A stretch of 56,580 nucleotides of DNA from a virus (taxonomy: Duplodnaviria; Caudoviricetes): IMG/VR virus record IMGVR_UViG_3300032305_000763, positions 1-56,580 of that record; one strand, given 5' to 3'. The first letter of the stretch is position 1, and each line of letters begins with the position of its first letter. This document shows, piece by piece, positions 26,553 through 36,044 of the stretch. The notes under the pieces are model-generated. The model saw nothing but the letters and a program-made list of their open reading frames with translations, did not search any database and was not told where the DNA came from. Made by a program: the position numbers and the translations under genes.

Positions 26553-26924
26553 ATGGATAATGAAATTCTTAAAAAAGTTGGCAATGTCCGACGCAAAGTA
26601 ATAGAAAAAGACTATAACTGGGGTCTCTATGTGTACAAAAAATCTAATGGATCTTGGTTTACAGATGGTGAAGGAAGCATCTTAAATATAGAATCAATGC
26701 GTGGGGACATCTCAAAAATTTCAGAACTTAAAAAGGTTGCAATGCATTATGGTGATGATGGAGAAGGAAAAGCAGTTTTTGTTCCAGGACTCACAAGAAT
26801 TAGTGAAGAAGAATATTCAGAGCAAGTAGATAGAATGAAGAACGGTTTGATTCCTTCTATGAACGACCACGGTGCTTGGGTAGCAGCACGACAAACCTAT
26901 GATAAGTATGGTAGCGATGACTGA
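26553..26924 (+). CDS. Hypothetical protein upstream of portal, start revised to MDNEIL
   Basis: TGGTATACT 7 nt upstream of ATG 26553. Confidence 0.75.
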   Translation: MDNEILKKVGNVRRKVIEKDYNWGLYVYKKSNGSWFTDGEGSILNIESMRGDISKISELKKVAMHYGDDGEGKAVFVPGLTRISEEEYSEQVDRMKNGLIPSMNDHGAWVAARQTYDKYGSDD

Positions 26925-28515
26925 TGACTATATAAGAGTTGGATTAAACACCCAACATAAAGATGAAAACCCATTTAGTGACCAAGATCCTTTTATTAAG
27001 TCTTGGGATAATCTTAAAGACTACAATGGACTAAACCAAAACTTTCGTAGAAAAACTTCACGGAATGTAGCAAAGGCAATAGTAGTTGCAACAGATGCAT
27101 ACCTTGATTCAGCAAATGCTACACCTTCAGGAGTGGATGCTTCATCAAAGGCTATCAATCCTGGAACTGTATATCGTAATGGATATGGTCTATTTGATGT
27201 AATTACTCCTCCATACAATATGTATGAGTTGGCTAACTTTTATGACACCTCTTTTGCTAATCATGCTGCTATTGATGCAAAGGTAGAAAACGTTGTTGGT
27301 CTTGGCTATTCATTTGAAGTAGCAGGCAGAACTATGCTAAGGTTTGAAATGAACGATGACCAAGGAGCAGTTGATCGTGCTCGTCGTCGTATTGAAAGAA
27401 TGAAATTAGAACTACGTGACTGGCTTGAAAACCTTAACGATGATGACTCTTTTACAAAGACAATGGAAAAGTTTTATACAGATGTTCAGGCTACAGGAAA
27501 TGGTTTTCTTGAAATTGGAAGAACTGTCACTGGAGAAATTGGATACATAGGTCATATACCAGCAACTACCGTTCGTGTTAGACGTTTACGTGATGGTTTT
27601 GTTCAGATCATTGGAAACTCTGTAGTTTATTTTAGAAATTTTGGGGCTAAGAATCAAAACCCAATGACAGCAGATACTCGTCCAAATGAGATCATTCACT
27701 ATAAAGAATACTCACCATTAAATACCTATTACGGTATTCCAGATATTATTGCTGCGCTACCATCTCTAATTGGAGATCAACTTGCATCACAATATAATAT
27801 TGATTACTTTGAAAACAAGGCTGTCCCAAGATATGTTGTAACCCTAAAGGGTGCAAAGTTGTCTGCCGATGGAGAAGACAAGATGTTCCGATTCCTTCAG
27901 ACTGGTCTAAAGTCTCAGTCACATAGAACTCTATACATCCCTCTTCCTGGTGATACAGATCAAAATAAGGTTGAGTTCAAGATGGAGGCTGTTGAAAACG
28001 GCATTCAAGATGGATCCTTTAAAGAGTATCGTAAGCAAAATCGTGATGACATTTTTATTGCTCATCAAATGCCTATGTCTAAAATTGGTGGATCTGAGGG
28101 AGCAGGTGTTGCAGCGGCAATTTCTCAAGACCGCACATTTAAAGAGCAGGTTTGTCGTCCAGCACAGAGCCATCTTGCCAAGGTAGTAAATAAAATTATT
28201 AAAGAAAAAACAGATATTCTTGAACTTAAGTTTAAAGAATTCACTCTTACTGATGAAATTGCCCAGTCACAAATTCTTGAGCGCTATGTAAAGACTCAGG
28301 TTATGATGCCTAACGAGGCTCGTGAAGCAATTGGTCTTCCACAAATTCCAAATGGTGATGAGCCATTTATTATGTCTCCACGTCAGTCAACCGATGCTAG
28401 AGCAAATTTAGCAGGGACTCGTCAAAGAGATTCAGAAAGAACAAATAACAACTCTGATTCTACAACAACAGTTGCTGGACGTAATGCACAAGGAGAAGGT
28501 AGGTCATCTCAGTAA
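26917..28515 (+). CDS. Portal protein (HK97/PBSX-like)
   Basis: D...TGNGFLEI.R...G....HIP..TVR, NEIIH, YYG.P, YFEN.A.P; position before protease and capsid. Confidence 0.9.
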   Translation: MTDDYIRVGLNTQHKDENPFSDQDPFIKSWDNLKDYNGLNQNFRRKTSRNVAKAIVVATDAYLDSANATPSGVDASSKAINPGTVYRNGYGLFDVITPPYNMYELANFYDTSFANHAAIDAKVENVVGLGYSFEVAGRTMLRFEMNDDQGAVDRARRRIERMKLELRDWLENLNDDDSFTKTMEKFYTDVQATGNGFLEIGRTVTGEIGYIGHIPATTVRVRRLRDGFVQIIGNSVVYFRNFGAKNQNPMTADTRPNEIIHYKEYSPLNTYYGIPDIIAALPSLIGDQLASQYNIDYFENKAVPRYVVTLKGAKLSADGEDKMFRFLQTGLKSQSHRTLYIPLPGDTDQNKVEFKMEAVENGIQDGSFKEYRKQNRDDIFIAHQMPMSKIGGSEGAGVAAAISQDRTFKEQVCRPAQSHLAKVVNKIIKEKTDILELKFKEFTLTDEIAQSQILERYVKTQVMMPNEAREAIGLPQIPNGDEPFIMSPRQSTDARANLAGTRQRDSERTNNNSDSTTTVAGRNAQGEGRSSQ

Positions 28516-28555
28516 TTGAGATAAAGTTGAAAATGTTTGGTATAATGGTAACGAT

Positions 28556-29854
28556 ATGTTAATAAATAAGGCTCATTGGGTGACTAATGGCGACAACGTT
28601 CGTCTATCGATGCCTATTGGAAAAGTTGATATTGAGCGCCGTATGGTGTCAGGTTTTGCAACCCTAGATAATATTGATAAACAGGGTGACATCGTAACAA
28701 CAGAATCAAGCATAAATGCTTTTAAGAATTTCCGTGGAAACCTTCGTGAAATGCACCAACCTTCAGCCGTTGGTAAGATTGTATCTTTTAAAGAGGATCG
28801 TTATTTTGATCCAAACACAAAAAAGTTTTATAGTGGAGTATATGTTTCAGCATATGTTTCAAAAGGTGCACAGGATGCCTGGGAAAAAGTTCTAGATGGA
28901 ACATACACAGGATTCTCTATTGGTGGAAACATCAAGACCTGGGATGACGCATTTAATGAAGAGATGGACAAGTCTATTCGTGTTATTAAAGAATATGATC
29001 TTTATGAACTGTCATTAGTTGACTCACCAGCAAATCAATTTGCAAGCATTGTATCAATTGAAAAACAAAATGGTCATAATGTAATTAGTGGCTTAATTTC
29101 AAAGGTAGATACAGAAAATATTTTTTATGATTCAGAATCTGGAATGGTAATAGTATCAGACTCAGAAATGGTGACCCATCCCATTACAGAAAAACAAATG
29201 AAAAACATTGGTTTTGTTGAAAAAAATGATACAGATAAAGCAAACATGATAAAGTTCTTAGTTGATAGTGCTAAAGGCATTAGTACAATTAAGATTACAA
29301 AGGAGGTAAACCCTATGTCAGAAACAACAGAAACAGCAGTTGATGCTGTAGTTGATAATGCAGAGGTTGCTCCAGAGGCACAGCCAGCAGCAGTTGAAGA
29401 AACTCCTGCAGTCGTTAATGAAGCACCTGCAGTTGAAGAACTTGCAATTGCTAAATCAGATGATGGTAGTGCAAATTCTTCTGTAGAAAAAACAGAAGAG
29501 GGAGAAGTTGTTGCAACAGAAACTGTTGTAGCAAAGGCTGATGAAGCAATTGTTGAGGCAATTGCAGAAATCAAGAATTCTCTTACAAATGCCTTTGGCG
29601 ATCTAACTGCAACTGTTAAGTCTCTTCATGAGCAGGTAGCAGCAGTAACAAAGTCTCTTGATAATGTAACAGGTGATGTTAATAACATCAAGGGTAACTT
29701 TAATGAGTTTGGAAAGAGAGTAGATGCCGTAGAGCAAGATACCGCTTTCCGCAAGTCTGGCGATCTAGGCGAGATCGTGCAGTTTGAACCTACAAAGGTT
29801 CAGAAATCCCTATGGGGCGGTCGTTTCCTCACAAATACCGACCTATTTAACTAA
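28556..29854 (+). CDS. Prohead protease (HK97 family) fused to C-terminal scaffold
   Basis: VSGFAT....D.QGD, EMH, GFSIGG, L.ELSLVDSPAN; acidic coiled-coil tail. Confidence 0.9.
   Translation: MLINKAHWVTNGDNVRLSMPIGKVDIERRMVSGFATLDNIDKQGDIVTTESSINAFKNFRGNLREMHQPSAVGKIVSFKEDRYFDPNTKKFYSGVYVSAYVSKGAQDAWEKVLDGTYTGFSIGGNIKTWDDAFNEEMDKSIRVIKEYDLYELSLVDSPANQFASIVSIEKQNGHNVISGLISKVDTENIFYDSESGMVIVSDSEMVTHPITEKQMKNIGFVEKNDTDKANMIKFLVDSAKGISTIKITKEVNPMSETTETAVDAVVDNAEVAPEAQPAAVEETPAVVNEAPAVEELAIAKSDDGSANSSVEKTEEGEVVATETVVAKADEAIVEAIAEIKNSLTNAFGDLTATVKSLHEQVAAVTKSLDNVTGDVNNIKGNFNEFGKRVDAVEQDTAFRKSGDLGEIVQFEPTKVQKSLWGGRFLTNTDLFN
29315..29854 (+). CDS. Nested in-frame scaffold protein (MSETTE...), 179 aa
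   Basis: SD AAGGAGGT at 29300-29307 before in-frame ATG 29315. Confidence 0.7.
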   Translation: MSETTETAVDAVVDNAEVAPEAQPAAVEETPAVVNEAPAVEELAIAKSDDGSANSSVEKTEEGEVVATETVVAKADEAIVEAIAEIKNSLTNAFGDLTATVKSLHEQVAAVTKSLDNVTGDVNNIKGNFNEFGKRVDAVEQDTAFRKSGDLGEIVQFEPTKVQKSLWGGRFLTNTDLFN

Positions 29855-29881
29855 GGTAAAAATCACTAGGAGGTGAACAAT

Positions 29882-31033
29882 ATGTCGGAACAAAATAACA
29901 ATCTAGAAAAGAACTACCCTGGATCAGCCGGAGCAGGCAATGAGATTAACTCTCAGGGCGGCTTCGTATCTGGTGGTGTTGGTAGTGCAACTGGTTTGGA
30001 CTCTGCAGCAGCGTCTGTAGGATCACAACTCGGTAACACTGCAACTGCAGCATTCGGATCAACATCTGGAGCAAACGCAGTAAACCCAACAGGCGTCGCA
30101 GGTGGTATTCTAGCACCAGAGCAGGCTCGTCGCTTCATCGACTACGTGTGGGATGCAACAGTTCTCGCCAAAGACGGTCGTAGAGTTACAATGCGTGCAA
30201 ACACAATGGAAATCGAAAAGGTTAACGTTGGAGAGCGTGTAATCCGTGCTGCTGCTCAAGGAGCACCAGACTACACAAACGCAGGTGCTACATTCACAAA
30301 GGTAGAATTGACAACCAAAAAGATTCGTCTTGACTGGGAAGTCTCTACTGAAGCACTAGAAGACAATATTGAAGGCGGTGCACTTGAAGATCATCTAGTT
30401 CGCTTGATGACCAATGCATTTGCTAATGATATTGAAGATCTTGCTATTAACGGTGTAGGATCAGGCAACGATGCCTTCCTATCCATCATGCCTGGCTTCG
30501 TTCGTCAGGTAAACCAAGTTCAGGGCAATGATGCACATGAATATGCTGCAACAGTTGCTGATAACAACTACACAACATCAGTTATGCAGGGCTTGCTTCT
30601 AGCAATGCCACGCAAGTATCGTGCACTTAAGTCAAACCTTAAGTTCTACGCTGGTACTGATGCTTTTGCTGGTATCGTTCGCAATAACGGTACTCTTGCA
30701 GATGCAATCTCAGCATCATTTGCTGATCGCATTGGTAGCACACAAGCAAACCGTCAAGAATTCCTTGATGGAACTGCACAAACACTAGGTAACTCACGTA
30801 CAACTCGTGTACTTGGTGTAGATGTTCTTGAGGTTCCTTACTACCCTGCAGGTTATGTCGACTTGACATTCCCTCAGAACCGTGTATGGGGCTTCCAACG
30901 TGATATCACAGTAAATCGTGAATATCGTGCTAAGAAGGACACAATCGAATACACAGTATTCGTACGCTTTGGTATTCAATGGGAAGAACTAGATGCAGTC
31001 GCTTATGTCGACTCAGATAGCACTGACTCATAA
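29882..31033 (+). CDS. Major capsid protein (HK97 fold)
   Basis: GGILAPEQARRFID, VELTTKK.RL..EVS.E.LEDNIEG, D.EDLAING; SD AGGAGGTG. Confidence 0.93.
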   Translation: MSEQNNNLEKNYPGSAGAGNEINSQGGFVSGGVGSATGLDSAAASVGSQLGNTATAAFGSTSGANAVNPTGVAGGILAPEQARRFIDYVWDATVLAKDGRRVTMRANTMEIEKVNVGERVIRAAAQGAPDYTNAGATFTKVELTTKKIRLDWEVSTEALEDNIEGGALEDHLVRLMTNAFANDIEDLAINGVGSGNDAFLSIMPGFVRQVNQVQGNDAHEYAATVADNNYTTSVMQGLLLAMPRKYRALKSNLKFYAGTDAFAGIVRNNGTLADAISASFADRIGSTQANRQEFLDGTAQTLGNSRTTRVLGVDVLEVPYYPAGYVDLTFPQNRVWGFQRDITVNREYRAKKDTIEYTVFVRFGIQWEELDAVAYVDSDSTDS

Positions 31034-31052
31034 AGATTAACCAATAAATATA

Positions 31053-31091
31053 AGGGAGGGCGGAGTCAAAACCGTCCTCCTTTATTCTTTT
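31053..31091 (+). terminator. Intrinsic terminator after capsid gene
   Basis: GGAGGGCGG/CCGTCCTCC stem followed by TTTATTCTTTT. Confidence 0.85.
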
Positions 31092-31123
31092 CTGGTATAA
31101 TTACAATTAAGCATAGGAGAATT

Positions 31124-31465
31124 ATGAAGCCAACAATGGAAGAGTTATCAAAAAAGACTGTAATGGAACTAAAGTCCTATGCCAAAAAAAATGGAATTGA
31201 TCTTTATGGATCAAACACTAAGTTAGAAATCTTAGAAGTTATTGCATCATTTTTTCCACCAATTATAAACGGTATCGAAGTAAAGCCAGAAGATCCAAAA
31301 GAAAAAGTTGCAATCTACTCACAAAGAAATTTACATATGGATAACCTTAAACCTATTACGGTAGGTTACAACATCGTCTCAAGGGAGGCATCGGAAAAGT
31401 GGCTCACTCACAGGCTAGTGCGAACAGCATCTCCTGAAGAAGTAGCCTCATACTACGGTAAATAA
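31124..31465 (+). CDS. Protein with Rho-N/HeH-like helical N-terminus
   Basis: LSKKTVMELKSYAKKNGI......K.EIL. Confidence 0.7.
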   Translation: MKPTMEELSKKTVMELKSYAKKNGIDLYGSNTKLEILEVIASFFPPIINGIEVKPEDPKEKVAIYSQRNLHMDNLKPITVGYNIVSREASEKWLTHRLVRTASPEEVASYYGK

Positions 31466-31467
31466 AA

Positions 31468-32454
31468 ATGCAGATATTACGTCTTCCACCATACCCTCTT
31501 TCTGTAACCTACACAGTTCCAGATGCTAATGCTGACTATATTATTGTTATTGAAAATGTTTCAGAATTAACAGAAATTGAAGAAACCATTGAGTCTAATG
31601 CTACTAAAAAAATAACTTATTCTTTAGATGATGACTTTGTTAAGTACGATAAGTCATATGCTTTAACAATTTATGAAGATGCTGGATCCTCTGGAGCAAA
31701 CCTTGTGCGTGGTGATATTGTAGTACAGGATAATTTAGAGATTATGAGACCATACGTAGATCCAACATCTTTGGCTACATCTGGTACGGCAACCGACATA
31801 GCACTTTATACAGGTTATGAAAATTTAGCAAGAGCAATTATTGATGCTGCTGTTGGTGGGTTTTATTATGATAGAACATACTTAGAGGTTGTTGGACAAG
31901 GAAATGATTACCTACCACTTTGGAAAAAAACACACAAAATTTTAAAGGTATATGAAAATGCACAACTAGTTTACGATATAGACAACGCAGATGGAGCAGA
32001 ATTATTGGATTACACTTTTTTAATTACTAAAGATAAAACAGCAATTACTAAAGACCCAATAGAAGTAGTTGATTCTATAAATCGTGCAGAGCGAAGATAT
32101 TCACGCATTCCACTAGGGCATTCAGATTCGATTAGTATGTTTGACACAGAAGATAGTGGAAACACCCAAACCGTCGTGCCTGGAGTTGCATTTCCAGAAG
32201 GAGCAGATTATATTATGTTGCTAGAAACTGGGTATAAGGTTGTTCCTTATGATATCCAAGATGCAACATTAATGTTAATTGATGACATTAAGTGTGGAAA
32301 AATGGATTACTATAAGCGGTATATAAAGAATTATAGTACAGACCAGTTTAAAATTGAGTATGACAAGAGAATGATAGAGGGTACTGGAAACATATTAGTA
32401 GATAAGATTTTAGAAAAATATAAAGAGAATATTATCCGTCCAGGAGTATTATAA
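31468..32454 (+). CDS. Head-tail adaptor/connector
   Basis: E.LARAIID, GY..VP.DIQDA..ML, LVD.IL..Y; synteny. Confidence 0.7.
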   Translation: MQILRLPPYPLSVTYTVPDANADYIIVIENVSELTEIEETIESNATKKITYSLDDDFVKYDKSYALTIYEDAGSSGANLVRGDIVVQDNLEIMRPYVDPTSLATSGTATDIALYTGYENLARAIIDAAVGGFYYDRTYLEVVGQGNDYLPLWKKTHKILKVYENAQLVYDIDNADGAELLDYTFLITKDKTAITKDPIEVVDSINRAERRYSRIPLGHSDSISMFDTEDSGNTQTVVPGVAFPEGADYIMLLETGYKVVPYDIQDATLMLIDDIKCGKMDYYKRYIKNYSTDQFKIEYDKRMIEGTGNILVDKILEKYKENIIRPGVL

Positions 32455-32903
32455 TGGAATGCTGTCCAGAAACAGACTTCATGTATCCTATGAAGGCTGA
32501 TATTTATTATCCAATCATAAAACAAACTCAGTATGGTCAAGCAACAAAAGACTGGGTGTTTGATAGAACTATAATTTGTAATGCAACAAGCGTTGGTGGT
32601 GCAGGGACTGAAGACATTAAGCCAGAAACATTTCTTCAATATGAAAACAAACTTATTGCCAGGACCAAGAATGATCCAAGAATGTCGTCTACTAATTCTG
32701 AAAATGCTATAACTAATATTTTAGTAACCAATGTTCGTGATGCCTATGACAATATGATCTACAAAGAAACAGCAGGTCCAAGGTCTGGCAGAGGAACTAT
32801 TTATGAAATGGCTACAGTAGAACCCTTTATGGGACCATTTGGAAATATTGAATTCTTTAAGATGCTCTGGCGTAGAACAGAGAATCAAACAGTGGGTGAC
32901 TAA
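32454..32903 (+). CDS. Putative head closure protein
   Basis: Size and synteny. Confidence 0.6.
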   Translation: MECCPETDFMYPMKADIYYPIIKQTQYGQATKDWVFDRTIICNATSVGGAGTEDIKPETFLQYENKLIARTKNDPRMSSTNSENAITNILVTNVRDAYDNMIYKETAGPRSGRGTIYEMATVEPFMGPFGNIEFFKMLWRRTENQTVGD

Positions 32904-33580
32904 TGAGAGTAGTTACAAACTCAAAACAGTTTGAGTCTCAATTAAATAATATTATTAATTATTCAATAGGCTTCCTAGACGGAGTTCAAAAAGGAAAGTC
33001 AGTATTTTTAAAAAACCTTGGTGCTGGAACAATACAGGCTATGGCTGCATATGTTGATGTTTCTGCCAAAGGTAATCCAAATGCACTACACCATGTTTAT
33101 GAGTGGTATCAAACAGGAAGCCCAGAAGCAAGACTATTTGATATAGACTATACAGTCAGCAATGCAGGCTTAACCTTTAACTCAAAATTTAGACAGTCAA
33201 GAACTTTAAAAGAAGATTCAAATGTGCCATTTTATAATAAGGCAAGCATTATGGAGAACGGGGTACCAGTTACAATTTCTCCTAAAAAGTCTTCAGTGTT
33301 GGTTTTTGAAGAGGGTGGAAATACAGTATTTACTAAAGGGTCTATCACAGTAAGAAATCCAGGAGGTCAGTACGTAACTGGATCATTTGAAAGAACAATA
33401 GATGAGTTTATCCTAAGATATTTTAAACAGTCGTTTTTACGTGCTAGCGGAATATATGACTATATCAAGAAGCCAGTTCTATATAAAAAGAACTTCAAGG
33501 CTGGATCAAAACTAGGAAAATCTAAGGGAGTCGATACTGGCTTCAAGTGGATTGCCAATGCAAAGATTAGTGTAGAATAG
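32903..33580 (+). CDS. Putative neck/tail completion protein
   Basis: Basic protein, A..ME.G motif; synteny. Confidence 0.55.
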   Translation: MRVVTNSKQFESQLNNIINYSIGFLDGVQKGKSVFLKNLGAGTIQAMAAYVDVSAKGNPNALHHVYEWYQTGSPEARLFDIDYTVSNAGLTFNSKFRQSRTLKEDSNVPFYNKASIMENGVPVTISPKKSSVLVFEEGGNTVFTKGSITVRNPGGQYVTGSFERTIDEFILRYFKQSFLRASGIYDYIKKPVLYKKNFKAGSKLGKSKGVDTGFKWIANAKISVE

Positions 33581-33584
33581 GACT

Positions 33585-34163
33585 ATGACCCTTAATACAT
33601 ATACCCAGACTGGTTTCCCACCAACATTTCTTAACGCTTATATTAATAGCGAGTTAAAAGAATTTGGATTAATCCCAGATGGACCAAACCCATTTCAACC
33701 ATTCTTCCCAGCACAAAGCCCAATGAATATAGAAGATATTTATAACGATAGCGTATATATTAAAAACAATCCAAATGCTATTGTGGTTATGTTTGACAGA
33801 CTAGTCAGATTTAGACCAAGCACTTTCTATAGACACAAAAGAGAACAACTTGTTTATTTTATATATGCCCCAGATCTAAGCCAACTTTTTGACTCTACAA
33901 GAGTAATTATTGACTGCCTTGATAGAGAAGATGCCGCTGCCCAAGATCTTAATGCCTGGATTTCATTAAATGATATTACAGATGAAAATGATAATGTTAT
34001 TACACCAAACGTAATGTTTCATAATATAAAGGTATACCAGGCAGATGAGGCACGGGATATAGCCGAACTAGCCTCAGCAAGAACCCTATTTTTGAACAAA
34101 CTTGTAATTGAGTATGACTACCATACGATAGATACCCTAGGGACTTCTCAAAGATACACATAA
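33585..34163 (+). CDS. Putative tail terminator
   Basis: Immediately before tail tube. Confidence 0.55.
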   Translation: MTLNTYTQTGFPPTFLNAYINSELKEFGLIPDGPNPFQPFFPAQSPMNIEDIYNDSVYIKNNPNAIVVMFDRLVRFRPSTFYRHKREQLVYFIYAPDLSQLFDSTRVIIDCLDREDAAAQDLNAWISLNDITDENDNVITPNVMFHNIKVYQADEARDIAELASARTLFLNKLVIEYDYHTIDTLGTSQRYT

Positions 34164-34240
34164 AAATGCTGTTATAATTATCTTGAGGAAACACAAACGC
34201 CGTACAACTTAATATCTATTCTTAAGGAAGAGGTGAATAA

Positions 34241-34879
34241 ATGGCATACAGTCGTGGAACGTCGTCCAACATTATCGTTGGTGCAGCAGCACTATTCGTT
34301 GCAGACACAACCCTAACTCCAAGCACATTGGAGTCTTTTAGTACTGAGGTATCATTCAGAGAGACACTCTCAGATGATGCAGCATATACAAACGTTGGTT
34401 ACACCATGAACGGTCTAGAAATGCAGTTCCAACCAGACTTCGGTGAAGTCCAGGTAGACCAAATTCTTGACGTTGCAAAACTTTACAAGCAAGGCATGCA
34501 AGTTAATCTTGCAACTGCTTTTGCTGAAGCAACACTAGAGAACCTTCTCTTAGCGTTGGCATTCAGTTCTGATGAACTAACTGGAAACGTCGCAACTCAC
34601 ACAGGTAAGACATTAAACTTATCTGCAGGAGAACTCGGTGAATGTCCAGTAGAGCGTGGAATTGTTGCAATAGGACCTGGTACAGGTGACTGTGCAGACT
34701 CTCCATTCGTGGAACGTGTTTACACAGCATACCGTGCTTTGTCAATCGAAAACGTAACAGTTTCAGCAAAGCGTGATGAGGCTTCAATGTTTGAAGTTTC
34801 TTTCCGTTTGCTACCAGAAGATACATCAGGCTCATATGGTAAGATCGTTGATCGTACCTTCGGAGACCTATTATCATAA
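34241..34879 (+). CDS. Major tail tube protein
   Basis: NIIVGAA.LF, VGYT..G, VDQ, AEATLENL, FEVSFRLLP; strong SD, own promoter and terminator. Confidence 0.85.
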   Translation: MAYSRGTSSNIIVGAAALFVADTTLTPSTLESFSTEVSFRETLSDDAAYTNVGYTMNGLEMQFQPDFGEVQVDQILDVAKLYKQGMQVNLATAFAEATLENLLLALAFSSDELTGNVATHTGKTLNLSAGELGECPVERGIVAIGPGTGDCADSPFVERVYTAYRALSIENVTVSAKRDEASMFEVSFRLLPEDTSGSYGKIVDRTFGDLLS

Positions 34880-34897
34880 TAGTTTAACTATACATTA

Positions 34898-34931
34898 GAG
34901 CCCATATCTTCGGATGTGGGCTTTTTTGTTT
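34898..34931 (+). terminator. Intrinsic terminator with UUCG loop
   Basis: GAGCCCATATC-TTCG-GATGTGGGCTT followed by a T-tract. Confidence 0.9.
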
Positions 34932-34951
34932 TGTGGTAGAATAGAATTTCT

Positions 34952-35647
34952 ATGGCAACTACAATATATAAAAGCGAAATCGTATATTTATTTGATGGTA
35001 CAGAATTAGAAATAGTCCCATTAAAGATTAAATATCTACGTGAATTTATGCAGGCATTTGAAAATGTCAAGGTAACTAAAAATGATGATGAAGCCATCGC
35101 TGCATTAGTAGAATGTGTAAGGGTATGTATGAAGCAATATTATCCAACCATATCTGGAAGTGTTGAGGATGTAGAAGATAGCATTGACATGCCTACCATC
35201 TATAAGGTTTTAGATGTGTCTGCTGGAATTAGAATTAATAAAAAATCTGAAGAGCCAGTCAAGGATCAGGCTTTAGAAAGTGGTTCTACTTGGGATGACC
35301 TAGATCTTGCCAAATTAGAATCAGAAGTATTTTTGCTGGGTATCTGGAAAGATTATCAAGAACTAGAATTATCACTATCTATGCCAGAACTCATGGCTAC
35401 TCTTGAAGTTAGTAGAGAATTAGATTATGCAGAAAAGAAATTTATGGCTGCCATTCAAGGTGTTGACCTAGACGCAGAGTCTGGAAAAGGCAAGGGACAG
35501 CAAGAATGGGAAGAAATGAAAGCAAGAGTATTTAGTAAAGGACAAACAAGTGATGCAAATGATATCCTATCCTTCCAAGGACCTAAAGCCCAGAAAGCAG
35601 GGTTTGGTATTGGGATGGGATTAGACTACGAAAATTTAACACAATAA
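34952..35647 (+). CDS. Tail assembly chaperone, long form (gpG-T-like)
   Basis: Between tube and TMP; N-half paralogous to 35690-36022. Confidence 0.75.
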   Translation: MATTIYKSEIVYLFDGTELEIVPLKIKYLREFMQAFENVKVTKNDDEAIAALVECVRVCMKQYYPTISGSVEDVEDSIDMPTIYKVLDVSAGIRINKKSEEPVKDQALESGSTWDDLDLAKLESEVFLLGIWKDYQELELSLSMPELMATLEVSRELDYAEKKFMAAIQGVDLDAESGKGKGQQEWEEMKARVFSKGQTSDANDILSFQGPKAQKAGFGIGMGLDYENLTQ

Positions 35648-35689
35648 GCGTTTTATGCTATAATTGAGTTAACCTATATAGGAGGAACA

Positions 35690-36022
35690 ATGGCAACAAC
35701 AGTACATGAGGGCACAGAACTAACTCTTATGGATGGGTCAAAGATTAAGGTACGTCCACTTAAAATCTCTTTGCTTCGTCCATTTATGAAGAAGTTTGAA
35801 CAGGTAGCAGGGGTGGCAGAAGATAACGAGAAGTCAATGACTCTTCTTATTGAATGTGTACAAATTGCAATGGAGCAGTACAATCCAGACTTGTCTACAG
35901 ATATCAACAAACTAGAGGAGATCCTAGATCTTCCAACAGTTTACAAAGTTATTGAAGCCGCTTCTGGAGTTAAACTAACAGACGCAAATACTCTTTTAAA
36001 TACAGTACTTGCAAATAACTAA
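35690..36022 (+). CDS. Tail assembly chaperone, short form (gpG-like)
   Basis: MATT...L.DG.....PLKI..LR.FM..FE...D.PT.YKV; SD AGGAGG. Confidence 0.75.
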   Translation: MATTVHEGTELTLMDGSKIKVRPLKISLLRPFMKKFEQVAGVAEDNEKSMTLLIECVQIAMEQYNPDLSTDINKLEEILDLPTVYKVIEAASGVKLTDANTLLNTVLANN

Positions 36023-36044
36023 TACTTAAAAGAGGTGTAAATGA

